A DNA stretch of 63,997 bases, filler included, from Choristocarpus tenellus KU-1152 (lineage: Eukaryota; Protista; Phaeophyceae): NCBI GenBank assembly GCA_964200185.2. It is 8 parts of 8 records of this genome, joined end to end, with 100 filler letters (N's around TTAATTAATTAA, not from the genome) between each part and the next. Parts side by side here need not be neighbours in the genome. Positions count along the whole stretch, not along the records: positions 24,797 to 33,288 come from CAXNAD020004653.1; positions 33,389 to 48,716 come from CAXNAD020001016.1; 6 more parts are not named here. One strand, 5' to 3'. The position numbers were made by a program, and so were the translations under genes. The notes under the pieces are model-generated. The model was not told the origin of the DNA and made no database searches. It saw only the letters and a list, made by a program, of their open reading frames with translations. This document shows positions 26,487-37,300 of the stretch, piece by piece (the stretch's first letter is position 1; each line of letters opens with the position of its first letter).

Positions 26487-27267
26487 CTATGATTCTAACC
26501 TAGCAAAGACCTATGAAGGTGGGCGAGGAGCCAGGGAAGCCCAATAATCTGTCAGGCCCCTTTTCGCCCATCATGATGCTGCGAGCTTGAAACACTTGAC
26601 GTGTCTTGAGAGAGCCAATTGTGCAGTGACGGATACTCTCTGTATCAAACGAGACTTGACGGTCCCTTTCCTGAAATACCCCACAGTCCCTCTCCCCCCT
26701 ACTGCATGGTTGGCCCCAGCGTATCTAGGAAACTCTGCTTGCTTACCAGGGCGCCTAATACTTTCCACCACAAAGATCTAGGTGTTAAAACTACGAGGGT
26801 CAAAAGATCCCTCGTAGTGGGCGCGCTTTTGTGGCTCGACTGGGGAAGTAGTTACGCCATTGTTGGTGGAAGAGCGGGTCAAACGACAACCTCTTTAGAC
26901 CTCTGCGAAAGTAACATCCAGAAGTAGGCATTTGTCGCAGAATGAAGACGACCCGGTACTCGACAGTGTCCCAACATGGAACGCCATATCCAGGTGAGAG
27001 TTCCCGTCCACTGCAAACGGGTGTTGCAGTTTTGCGTTTGTTAGTTGACTGTACAGTACGGGTGACAGAGAAAAACTGCAGTTGTCAATGTTCCCCCTCA
27101 CCCCTGATACATCGCATAATATATATTTAGTGACTCTCTTGAAACACTTCATGCATTCCAAGCGAGAGACACCAGGCCGATGGATATCAAGGGGCCTGTC
27201 AGATTCTTGATATGCTTCCCCAGCTCCTCGCCCACCTTCTCAGGGCCGGGGTAGGTTAGAAGCATAG
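26487..27267. mobile_element. Non-autonomous TIR element (~780 bp, ~75-bp imperfect TIRs), apparently nested in an older TIR element (~26275-27575)
   Basis: Left end CTATGATTCTAACCTA...GAAGGTGGGCGAGGAGC..GGGAAGC...AATCTGTCAGGCCCCTT is the reverse complement of 27189-27267. The outer motif TTATT..GCC.CTGA.ATT.TACAGATGTGTG occurs at ~26287, at ~27455 and inverted at ~27525-27565. Confidence 0.7.
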
Positions 27268-27884
27268 CAGTGTATACATTAGTTTGCAGTTACCAACCTT
27301 CAAGGAAGTGTTGTTGTGGTATTGTTAGGTTTCAAATAGTATTTTTTTTAAGGTAGGTATATTTTACATTAACCACAACTGTTATTTATTCACCAGTAAC
27401 TGGTGAACTGTTGTTGCTGTTACAGGCGTTTGGTTTTTCAATGTCGCAATGTATTATTGTGCCCTCTGACATTCTACAGATGTGTGAGGGAAAAACCAAA
27501 GGTATAGAGTCATTCATCCCTCCTCCTGACACACCTGCAAAAGGTCACATGGGCATAATAACATAATTTGTGTCAGCACATCAACTAAACTCAAGGTAAT
27601 ATATGCTTCTATTCATAACGTCGGACTGTCTCTGTTCGTCATTTGCTTTTTGCACGCTCAATTCAGATATCTCTCACTGCTCGTCCCTCATTTTCCTCCC
27701 TTCAAATCTTGTGGTGGACTGATGTTGGGGTCACTTACTACTTGTTAATACAGGCTTGTCACTTTGTTCTTGGTTCAGCGTTTTTCCGGCATAGAGGGAA
27801 ACACCAGGTTCTAATGACCACTATGTGACGAGGAAAATGTAATCTATAAATATATACCTATTACTAAATACTACAACTAAAAAC

Positions 27885-27950
27885 AGCAGATTTCAAAAAT
27901 TGAGGATGGGGCTTTTCATTGAGGATGGGCTTGACCCAAAATTGACTTGG
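27885..27950 (+). repeat. Dispersed repeat end (GATTTCAAAAA.TGAGGATGGGCTTGACCCAAAATTGACT); also at 63955-63997 and partially at ~24636-24660
   Basis: Near-identical ~40-bp block on different contigs; probably a transposon terminus. Confidence 0.65.
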
Positions 27951-29076
27951 TATGTTTTTTTTTGTAATGAATAATAAATAATAAAAAAACATGGGTACTA
28001 CATGAAGACATGGTCAAAACCCACCGCCCACCTAAACCACATCTAGACTCAACAAGGTTACCTCATCACGCTCACAATCACACGAATTCAACTTACGATG
28101 TTTCCATACCAAGGAGGGTGTACTGTCTACCTAAGGATGGAACTGATGTTTTGATGTTGTGGATGTACATTGGATTTGTGATTAGAGGAGATTTCTTGGT
28201 TTTGCGTTTGGGATTGATAGTATTATTAATTTGGATTTTACTCTTTTATTTATTAGGTAGAGAATATTCGAAAGTACACATCACACTTCACTTATTTTAA
28301 AACCTACTACTCTTTAATAATATTTTATATTATTGGGTGATCACTCAAACCGATCAATCACAGATCACCAATTATATTATTATCAATCACTAATCCAATC
28401 AATCAATTACATAACAACAAAACGGGAGCAGATAACTAGGGCTGCTGGAATTTGGAACACATACTACTAAGTATGGTATGTTCCAGAGGACCTACCTATC
28501 TTTTGGAAGTGACCACTCCAAGCTACAAAAAAAACTTGATGTAGTGGCTTTTCCCTTTTCACATCAGCAATATGTCATAACAGGAAATAATATGTATGTA
28601 GCCTTCATTTCACTCTTTTCCCTCCAATCGTAAGTTACCTACAAATGTTAGCGATATAGAGAAGTGTATCACCTTACACAACATTGCTTCTATTTTGCAT
28701 TTATTTACAATACATTCTATGTTACAATACATTTTCTGTACAAGTAATAGTTACGTCGAAGTTAGAAATAGGTTGGACCAAAATCTCCTCCCATACAATC
28801 ACAAACTAGTTTGAGTGAGTTTTTCAATGAACAATACATGTTTTTAGTGCAAGCATAATAATATTTAAAGAATTTTTTAAACTAGTATAGTTGGAAATCC
28901 GGTCTCTTACCAATATGGAAATGGTTCCCTAACTCCTCGCCCTCGAGTGTAGGGCTAAGCTAGGTTGGAGGCATACGAGGGGAGTGGTGGAGCATAACCG
29001 TTAGTAAAATAGTGAATTGATGATGGAAAAATATCTTTCACATTTACGACAACTGTTTCTTCTCCAGGGTTCTAAC

Positions 29077-29329
29077 GAGTGAAAGTATCCTAGAGGGTAC
29101 GAGTTCTTCCCTGTTTGTCCATTTGGGGCTTCCCATGTTTTTTTAAAATGATATTTTCCTACTCCAAAATGTTTCCGAGTAGGTAAAATGTATATATTGT
29201 GAAAAGGTATGTCCAGAACAAGGATATTGACACTTACTAACAAACACAATAGCCAAAATTACATCAAAATCGCAACATTGGTTTTGGTCCCAAATGAACG
29301 CAATCGTACCCTCTAAGGTACCTTGGCTT
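29077..29329 (-). mobile_element. MITE family A copy, TAAC TSD
   Basis: Both TIRs present; flanks TAAC/TAAC. Confidence 0.9.
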
Positions 29330-29574
29330 TAACATTGAATTGGTTATTCATCAGTTTTCCTATGACACGTCTGGAAAATGTCACAGGGCATAATAGTAAA
29401 ATATATATTATGGGAATCTGTCTGACGTTATAATGTGTTTACTTGCAAAGCCAAGCCAACTAATATGTCCCCTCCGTACCGTGATATAATTCAGTGAACA
29501 GTTACATTATTGATGTCATACAGTAGAAGATGGAACATTCATATATATATTTTATTATGTAGTTTTAACCTTAA

Positions 29575-29960
29575 CACCTTGTCCATGAAATTTTTTGGGT
29601 GGTTCAGTAAGCAAGCAGAAAGTTTTTTGGATGAGCTGGTTAAGCACACAGTAGGGGAGAGAGGGATGGGAAGTTACGGTAGGAAAGGAGGTGTCAGATA
29701 TCGTTTACAACAGATAGTGTCTGTCACAACACAGTGGTTCTTCCAAGACTTACCATGCGTTTTATGCTGGAGACACCAGAGAGATGGGTAGTAAGAAGTA
29801 AGTTAGTAAGTAGGGGATTGTAAGGGTCTTGGGGGATGCTTCCCTAGCTCGTCGCCTTGTGGTGTAGGGCTAAGCTAGGAGACATAACTCGGTAGTAAGA
29901 TAGTAAATAGAAAAATATCTTTCACAATTACAACAATTGTTACTTTTTAGAGGGTTCTTA
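29575..29960 (+). mobile_element. 3' end of an RLE-type LINE (endonuclease C-terminal fragment plus 3' tail); the tail is also present at ~28925-29076
   Basis: LSMKFFGWFSKQAESFLDELVKH...RKGGVRYRLQQIVSVTTQ resembles the restriction-like endonuclease C-terminus (E..G....A..FL..LA...Q..SV..Q). The downstream GTGTAGGGCTAAGCTAGG...GAAAAATATCTTTCACA block is duplicated at 28925-29076. Confidence 0.55.
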
Positions 29961-30521
29961 TGATATTGAATTTTTATTTTGTGTTACATCTTGAGATGTG
30001 TCATAAAAAAACAATGAAAAGTCAATCGAATATGATAAGAACCCGATTATAATAGCATGTATTTATTGCGTATTTCCTTCTTTCCACTACTTTGCTGACC
30101 GTAGACTCACACTTATGTCACGAAAATAATAATACATTGCCCCCTCACATTTTAAAGGTGTGTCAGTGGGTGAAAAGACTTTTGTAGAAGAGTGGTCGCT
30201 TCCAATATTTTACTCCTGGATTTTTTCTTTTGGTGAAGTGAGTATTGTAGTTGAAGATTTAGCCTCTAAACACTATCTCCCACTCACAAACGGTATTTCA
30301 TATTGGTTCTTGGACCCTCCACCCTTCTCTCATTGTTTTGACCGTTGATTTTCCATGACTTTTCCACGAAATCTCCTCATGAGACCAAGTCTTTCCACAC
30401 AGAATAAATAAGTCAAAACAAAAATATGATTGCTGAGAAGGGTTGTCCTCATTGATAGTAGGGTCAACCTCACACCAAGAAGGGAACAAAGAAAGTGTGA
30501 ATCTCTTGAATTGTGTGGGCC

Positions 30522-33205
30522 ATGCCTGTGTCGAAGTCCAAGTTTGGTGCGTTACGGCTAACTCCTGGCTTGAGGTTTCGGTCACCTCCGCCCCCTAAGG
30601 ATGGGAGAACCGGGAGGAGAAATTCGAGTGGGAGTGGGAGAGAGGAAGTAACACACACTCTATCTATTGTCGTTCCCCTGTACATCTACCCTGCGACGGC
30701 ACCAGATATACTAGGTAAGAAGTGGTAAATTTAGTTTAGCTGAGCAGGTGAGGTGAGGGATACTTCTATCAGTGATCAATAGTCTCTATTACCCCGCAAA
30801 ATCGGCGATTTACGAAAATCATCAACCCCATTGTCCCTCCTTGAACATCTCTACCTATCCTCGTCGCCTCTCACCAGCGCCAGCCTGGCAAAAGTTGGTA
30901 GATGCTGCTGCTATCCCTGGTGTCCACATCGCAGCCGTTGTGAACCCTGGGAATGGTCCTGGGTTGGAGTGGGATCGTGGAAGCTACTCCTTCGCGATGA
31001 AGGCCCTCCACGACAGCGGAATTGAGGTGAGCTTTTTTTGGTTGAAGTAGATAAACACTCACGCCAGCAAAGTGTAGTGTCAAATGGTGTCAATCCTATC
31101 AATAGGGTGGTCGTTCACCTCAATCCTTTCCCATCCTTTCCTGTACATGCCTGTGTGGGACATGAGCGCCACTTTTCCTATCAGTACTTCTCTTGACTTT
31201 GGAAGTCATCGGACCTCTTGGATGATATCCATTCCTCCTTCTTGATATCCTATCTGATCCAATTGATGAACCGAATCCTTGGGCTGTTCAAGTGCTCACC
31301 TCAAGTAGCCCCGCCCTCGGTACCCACCCCATCTTGCCGGCTCGGCATATCTGATGCCACTTTCTTCTTGTCAATCCCTACTATCGACTCGGAACAAGAC
31401 AACTGGTGAGACTTTTTGTATCCAATGTTAACAACTGATGAGGTACAACATGCGATGTTGATCAGATTGCAAACAAAGTTGACTAACCCTCAAGTGGTGG
31501 CTCTGGGCGGACAGGTCATTGCTTATGTCGCTAGTGGCTATGGGAAGGTGGAAAATGTGCCAGAGCACAAAGTTACAAGCGACATCGACAGATATAAGGT
31601 GCGAGTAGGGCCATGGGGAAATGGACTGCTCTATTTTCCTACAGCTTCAAGGGCATTGGTAGGATCAATACCATACGAAGTCTATCATTACCTGGCCAGT
31701 CCCTACGGTACGTGCTGAGTCGTCGGCATGATCATGTGTTCCTTGAAGGTAATTATCCCCGAGATGGCGAATGCAATTAGCACCCTATCTACAAAGAGCA
31801 TTTGCATCTGAGTGCACTTGGCACAACTCTACTCATATTTCATCTTGAGTGAGGAGGACAAAACAATGAAGAATATAGGATTTTTGCATGTTTGGACCCT
31901 GTCACGGACTTCGAACACGGTTGTGACGTTGGCGTCATATTTCTCCTCGTTTTCTCTTTTTTTTATTGTGAAGGTAAAAAGATAAGCTGCACCAGAGAGA
32001 GGCCCACAGTAAGTGAGATGCAATATTTCCATTTGATATATATACCTTTCATTTGATATTGTTTGAGATGATAGCGTTTATGAGGTACAATGGGTGCATG
32101 ACATATTGGTGTTCTCATTGACCCTGGGCATGGCAGTTCAAGCCCCTTGCTTTTCCTTGCCCACTTACTCACTGAGCCTGATGTTGACGCTCTTCACCCT
32201 ATTTTCTATTTTTCTAGTGAAGGGTCAAGTCTAGAGCCGACTGTTGAGCCATACGTTATGGAGGGCAACTTCTCTCCTAGCCCAGCACCTTTCTCGCCTC
32301 CGTTGCTGTCACTGTTGGAACTATCCTATGCTCACTCTTCACCACCCCTCTCCTGTTTATCTGGCCCTAGGAATGGTATGGTGAATGGGTATCGGGAGTA
32401 TTTCTCGATGAAGTCACCTGCAGCGGCGATGATGAGCCAGGAGATGGCGTGATGTCTGCTCGATACGACAGATACTACAGACATGCCAAAGCAGTGATAG
32501 GACCGAGAGCAACTGTGAGCACCCTTTACTTTCCCCCCTCCCTCCCTCCCTCCCTCCTTCCCTTTGTTTCCTTCCTGCGGTAACAGTCATTTTTTTTTAA
32601 CTCTTATGGGGGGTCGAGAGTGCTTGCGGTTTCATTTTTGATTGTACGCCTGATTAGTTTACAAAAGTACTTGGAGAGGTTGGAGGAGGGTAGAGCGACG
32701 GGGTTTCGATTGGCGCTATCATTTGATTGGCGACTTGTTAGGGAGATTGCGATGGTATCCTGGTGCAATGGGAAAGGAACATGAAGCAGGGGTAATTTTG
32801 GGGTGTGTGTGAGGTTCGTCCAGCACAGGTTGAGCATTTTTTTTTGTTCCACTTTTTCTTGTGTTTGTCATCCTCTTTGAACTGTAAGCAACCCGATTGG
32901 CTAGTACAAAATAGGGCCTGTCTCTCTCTCTCTGTGCATGTGTGTGTGTGTGTGTGTGCTTGACCAGTTGAACCTCTCTGTCCTAGTTGAAGTTCACTCA
33001 CTTGATCATTTATTGTGGCCTAGTATATATTCCTCTTGCCCACGTGCGTATATGTGTGTGTGTGTGTGTATGTGTTAAAAAAATGCACTGTTGTTGTGGT
33101 GAAGGTGATCTTGAACACTGGGGTGATGGACACCTGCCCGTCACTGGAGGTCGGAAATGACTCTGTGATCAACTACGTTGAGAACAGTCAGGCGTTTATG
33201 CTCAA
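30522..33205 (+). CDS. Spherulin-4 / spherulation-specific family 4 (GH135-like) glycoside hydrolase, 3' partial; at least 5 exons
   Basis: Exons 30522-30714, 30878-31026, 31515-31598, 32371-32514, 33105-~33205, with phases matching. Motifs IVVPLYIYP, W..L, AAVVNPGNGPG, VIAYVASGYG, DIDRY, VSGVFLDEV, VILNTG and YVEN appear in the order typical of spherulin-4/Sph3 (PLY.YP, NP.SGPG, GYV.T.Y, GIFFDE, NPG, FE). The contig ends shortly after. Confidence 0.85.
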
Positions 33206-33819
33206 GGCGCACGGGTCGCACAATTGCCCCCCCCCCCCCCCTAATGGCATGGGGGGGGGGGCGTCTTTTCTTCTGCACCGGTCGCCCCNNNNNNNNNNNN
33301 NNNNNNNNNNNNNNNNNNNNNNNNNNNNNNNNTTAATTAATTAANNNNNNNNNNNNNNNNNNNNNNNNNNNNNNNNNNNNNNNNNNNNGTAGACGGCATC
33401 GATAGCCTAAAGAGAAAAAAAAAAAAATACATGAGAGAAAGGGGGGGGGGGGGGGGGCAAAAAATAACAGTCATCTCAACACTCAAGAGAGTTTTATCGT
33501 GCAAAAGACAAGACAGACGCGTGAAATGATCATACTTGTGCACCAAAACAAAAAATTAAAGCAGGATAAAGTCTTGCTCGATTGAACCATGTTTCAAAAA
33601 TTTGCATCGGAATCGGCAACAACGAAAACAAGAGCTTAGAATGCACATGCACAAACGGCAACACACACACTAGGAAACCCTCACCACTCCACAGGCCTTG
33701 GATCAGACAAGGTGGCATTAACACAACATGACTACTTTAGGGTTGAAAGGGATGAGGTGTTCGTAAAGACAAGAGGCGCTTTAGAACAAACGACCCGGAG
33801 TGTAACCCTGGATTGTAGA

Positions 33820-33895
33820 CATGGAGAAAATAGCCTCATGGAGAAAATAGCCTCATGGAGAAAATAGCCTCATGGAGAAAATAGCCTCATGGAGA
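33820..33895. repeat. Minisatellite, 17-bp unit CATGGAGAAAATAGCCT x ~4.4
   Basis: Perfect head-to-tail copies. Confidence 0.95.
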
Positions 33896-34037
33896 TTTCA
33901 TAGACAGAACTGGGTGAAAAGAAAATAACGCCTAGCAACGTCACAAAAAATAATAATTAAAAAAATAATAGACATTATGGGGCAAATGGACTGTGAGGTG
34001 GAGCCAGAGACAACTGACAACACTATGAATCAAGTGG

Positions 34038-34071
34038 TTAGGGTTAGGGTTAGGGTTAGGGTTAGGGTTAG
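34038..34071 (+). repeat. Interstitial telomere-like (TTAGGG)n; others at 10183-10215, 18034-18052, 49704-49715, 53780-53801, 53889-53923, 58278-58296 and 58521-58550 (CCCTAA)
   Basis: Direct reading of perfect or near-perfect TTAGGG/CCCTAA hexamers. Confidence 0.9.
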
Positions 34072-34339
34072 TCCTCAGCTCATCTGTGCATATTGAATGT
34101 TCTATTCCGAATGGGTTCTTAGCTACAATACTGAACTATGTAAAAGGTTCTACATATATGAGGCCTCCCCCTTGTTAGTTGGAACATTTTCCAGTCAGCA
34201 TATCTCTCAACCCCATCAAACCACCCCTGTGCCTGTTAGATGGTACGTAATGGCACCAGACAACACCATCAATAATAGCACACCAAAACCCACCAAAACC
34301 CACCAAAACCCACCAAAACAAACCATAACACCAGCCCAC

Positions 34340-37300
34340 CTGTTGGCAGGCACCAGGACTGCCTCACTTCCCTCACCCAACTCTCCCCCCCCTCCAGCAC
34401 ACGCCTGTTCAGCACCAGCACCTCCACCTTCCATGGGGAGACATTCATCTCCAAGACAATCCCCCTGGCCATCCTTACTCAGACCCATAACCTCAACATC
34501 ACCAGTGTTTAAATTACCATTGCTATCATCAATACCACTTGCAACACTGCTGCCGTCAACCAAGGCCTCTTCCCCCTCTTCCCCATTAACTTCTGGCTCT
34601 TCCCACTCCCCTGGATGCACGTTTGAATTAGCCAGAGGTCTGTCAAGACCCACCCCCCAAAATTTGTCCAGGTAAGAATGAAACCTATCCAAGAATGTAG
34701 TGGAGAGGAAAGGGGGGGGGGGGGTTGAAAAAGAATAGATAAAGTCACAACCCTAGCTCCGTGTGTCAGAACTCTAAACCATTGAAATACAGGCACCAAA
34801 GTCCTGGTTGCAATGAGTTCTCAGAGCCATTGTATCATGGGAGGATTCACAGCCTATCTGCAATTTGAAAGAGTTTGAAAGCTCAAGCGGGCCTTCAAAC
34901 TGGGTTTCAGAACAATGACCCATACTTCAAAACCACAACTTGAGTACTTCAAATAAGAGGGGAAGGGCACCTGCAACCCAAGAGAAATTATGCTACCAAA
35001 AAGTCACGTTCGCCTTCCTGACCCCCTCAAACTCCTCCTTGCCCAATCACCTATATCAAGAAGAATATCTCAACACCTCTACCATACCAAAAATACAAGC
35101 AAGGCCTGCTTAGCAGCGCCCTTTCTCCGGTCAACCTTACAGGCATACTGTTCAATAGCATCAACCTCTTCACTACTGGATTACCATTCATGGCCAACTC
35201 CAGTGAGACAATACAGCATCAGCCCCACCTGTGGACAAGCTCACCAAGGGTACAACTATACATGTATTGTGAACACAGACTCACGCCTGCACAAATTGGA
35301 AACAACCTTTGCAAGAGAAACCCTAACACTTATCCCACCCCTAACACTAACCCACTATTGCACTTGTTTCTGTGTATGTGTGTGTGTATGTGTATGTGGG
35401 TGTGTGTTGGCTTTCACCTCAGCAGGGAAGAGTCCATGAGCCAGGGTCCTCCATTGTGAGGCGATCCAAGAGTTACAATATCACTGACAGAATCCACAGT
35501 GAACGAAGGGAGAGTGAAAGCCGCTCTGATAAAAAAAAATTAAAAAAAACGATCACACAGGAAGAACAAAAGAACCAATAATGCCAGGACCGGGGGAGGG
35601 GGAAGTGCAAGACAACCACATTGGTGTCATGAACCGAGAAATAGTCAACCAAGAGAGGGTGGGGGGGGGGGGGCGATTTGAGATGTGAGGAGTATTTTCA
35701 AACATGTTTCTTGAAGCAAATGAAGACATTCACGAAGAGGGCATCAGTAAGGACAACTCACTTCCGCAAACAGAATATCAGTTACGAAACTGTCAAAATG
35801 CAGTCCACAGCTGTCAACCAAGTACGTCGAAAACATGTCTAACCATAAAGTCAGAGAGGCCCTTAAGGCTGAGTGCCATTCCCCTCTCAGTTACTTTGAC
35901 CCAATGAGGTGTACCTTGCTTACATAGTGTGACATGTTGAGGTCAATACACACTTGAGGTATAGAAGCTGGATGGCGATGAATTTGAAGGGGTTCTGTGG
36001 TCAAACACCAAAGGTAAGCAGACTTCTATTTACATCAAGAAGTTAATCATTCTTATATGCACATCAAGAAGTTAATCATTCTTCTATGTACATCTAGAAG
36101 TTAATCATTCTTCAATCTACGTCAAGAAGTTAATCATTCTTCTATGCACATCAAAAAGTTAATCATTCTTCTCAACATAAACCGGACTGCCTGCATACAG
36201 ATACAGAATATCCCTTCCAATAATACAAACAGGAACAGACTGTAACGAGGCAAACTACATATGACGATGGGAGATCAACCTCAAGGACAAGTCACTGGAG
36301 ACGAACTACAATAGCTCGACATCAACATCAAAATTCAAACCAACACTCCTGCCAATGGTTGTCATAAAATACAACACAGCTACTGTGCAGGATGCAGGTA
36401 GAGACAGGGAGAAACAATCTTCGGAATGTGTAACCGACAATGACAGTTCCCACGGCAGAACCCTAACCCTACAGAACAAACATCCACACACATGTGAAAA
36501 AAGGAACAAAACGTATGTATGTATATATGTAGCATATGTATGTATGTATATATGTGTGTGTGTGTGTGATCAGACCAATCAGGGATGAAAGCATTGCTTA
36601 CGCGAAATAGGAGATGGCGAGGAAAGAAGGGGTATTGCCCCTAGAGGCCAGTCATTGATAATTACAACTCACATGCCTACAATGATGATGATAGATTGGA
36701 GGACAGGCAAAACAAGCTAAAATAGCACTGCGTAATGCCCTTAATCCTACCTGGCTATCAAGCCACCGTAGCTGTGTCCAACTACAATCACCGACGTGGG
36801 GGCTGTAGACCCTCCATACAACTTGAGAACCGCTCTTATCGCATGATTGAGAAACTCCGCCTGAAACCCAAGGAGTTATATATTGTGAGCGTTAATCGTA
36901 ACAAAAAAGTGAGACAAAAAAAATAAAACAGCCAAAGGAATGACAGGGGGAGCCAGCGTCAGCAGGAACATATTTTATGTTAGGAACATATTATATGTTC
37001 AAGCTATTGAACGAACCAGGGGAAAGTGAGGGACTTGGGAGCTGCAACTCAAGCACTTTCAGAGACGCAGATTCCTGAAATCAGAAGTACCTTTTCTGTG
37101 AATACAATTCAAGGTACAGGCAACTGATACAGTAGAGAGAGATTGCAAAATAGAAAATTAATTTCATGGCAGCCCTCCCTNNNNNNNNNNCCCCTTCCCC
37201 CCCCCCCCCCCCTCCCTACCATTTCAAAAAAAAAAAATTATTTCCTGGCCGCCCCCCCCCCCCCCCCCCCCCCCCCCCTTCCCCCCCCCCCCCCCCCCCC

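Noticed and set aside
35008-35229. Exon-like segments in PGAP1 introns (35008-35229 and ~37332-37457, minus strand)
   Set aside because: They contain stop codons in the required frame, and the conserved protein splices cleanly without them.
36023-36171. ~29-bp partly palindromic repeat that looks CRISPR-like
   Set aside because: Units are head-to-tail with no unique spacers, lie in a eukaryotic intron and have no cas genes nearby. It is a minisatellite.
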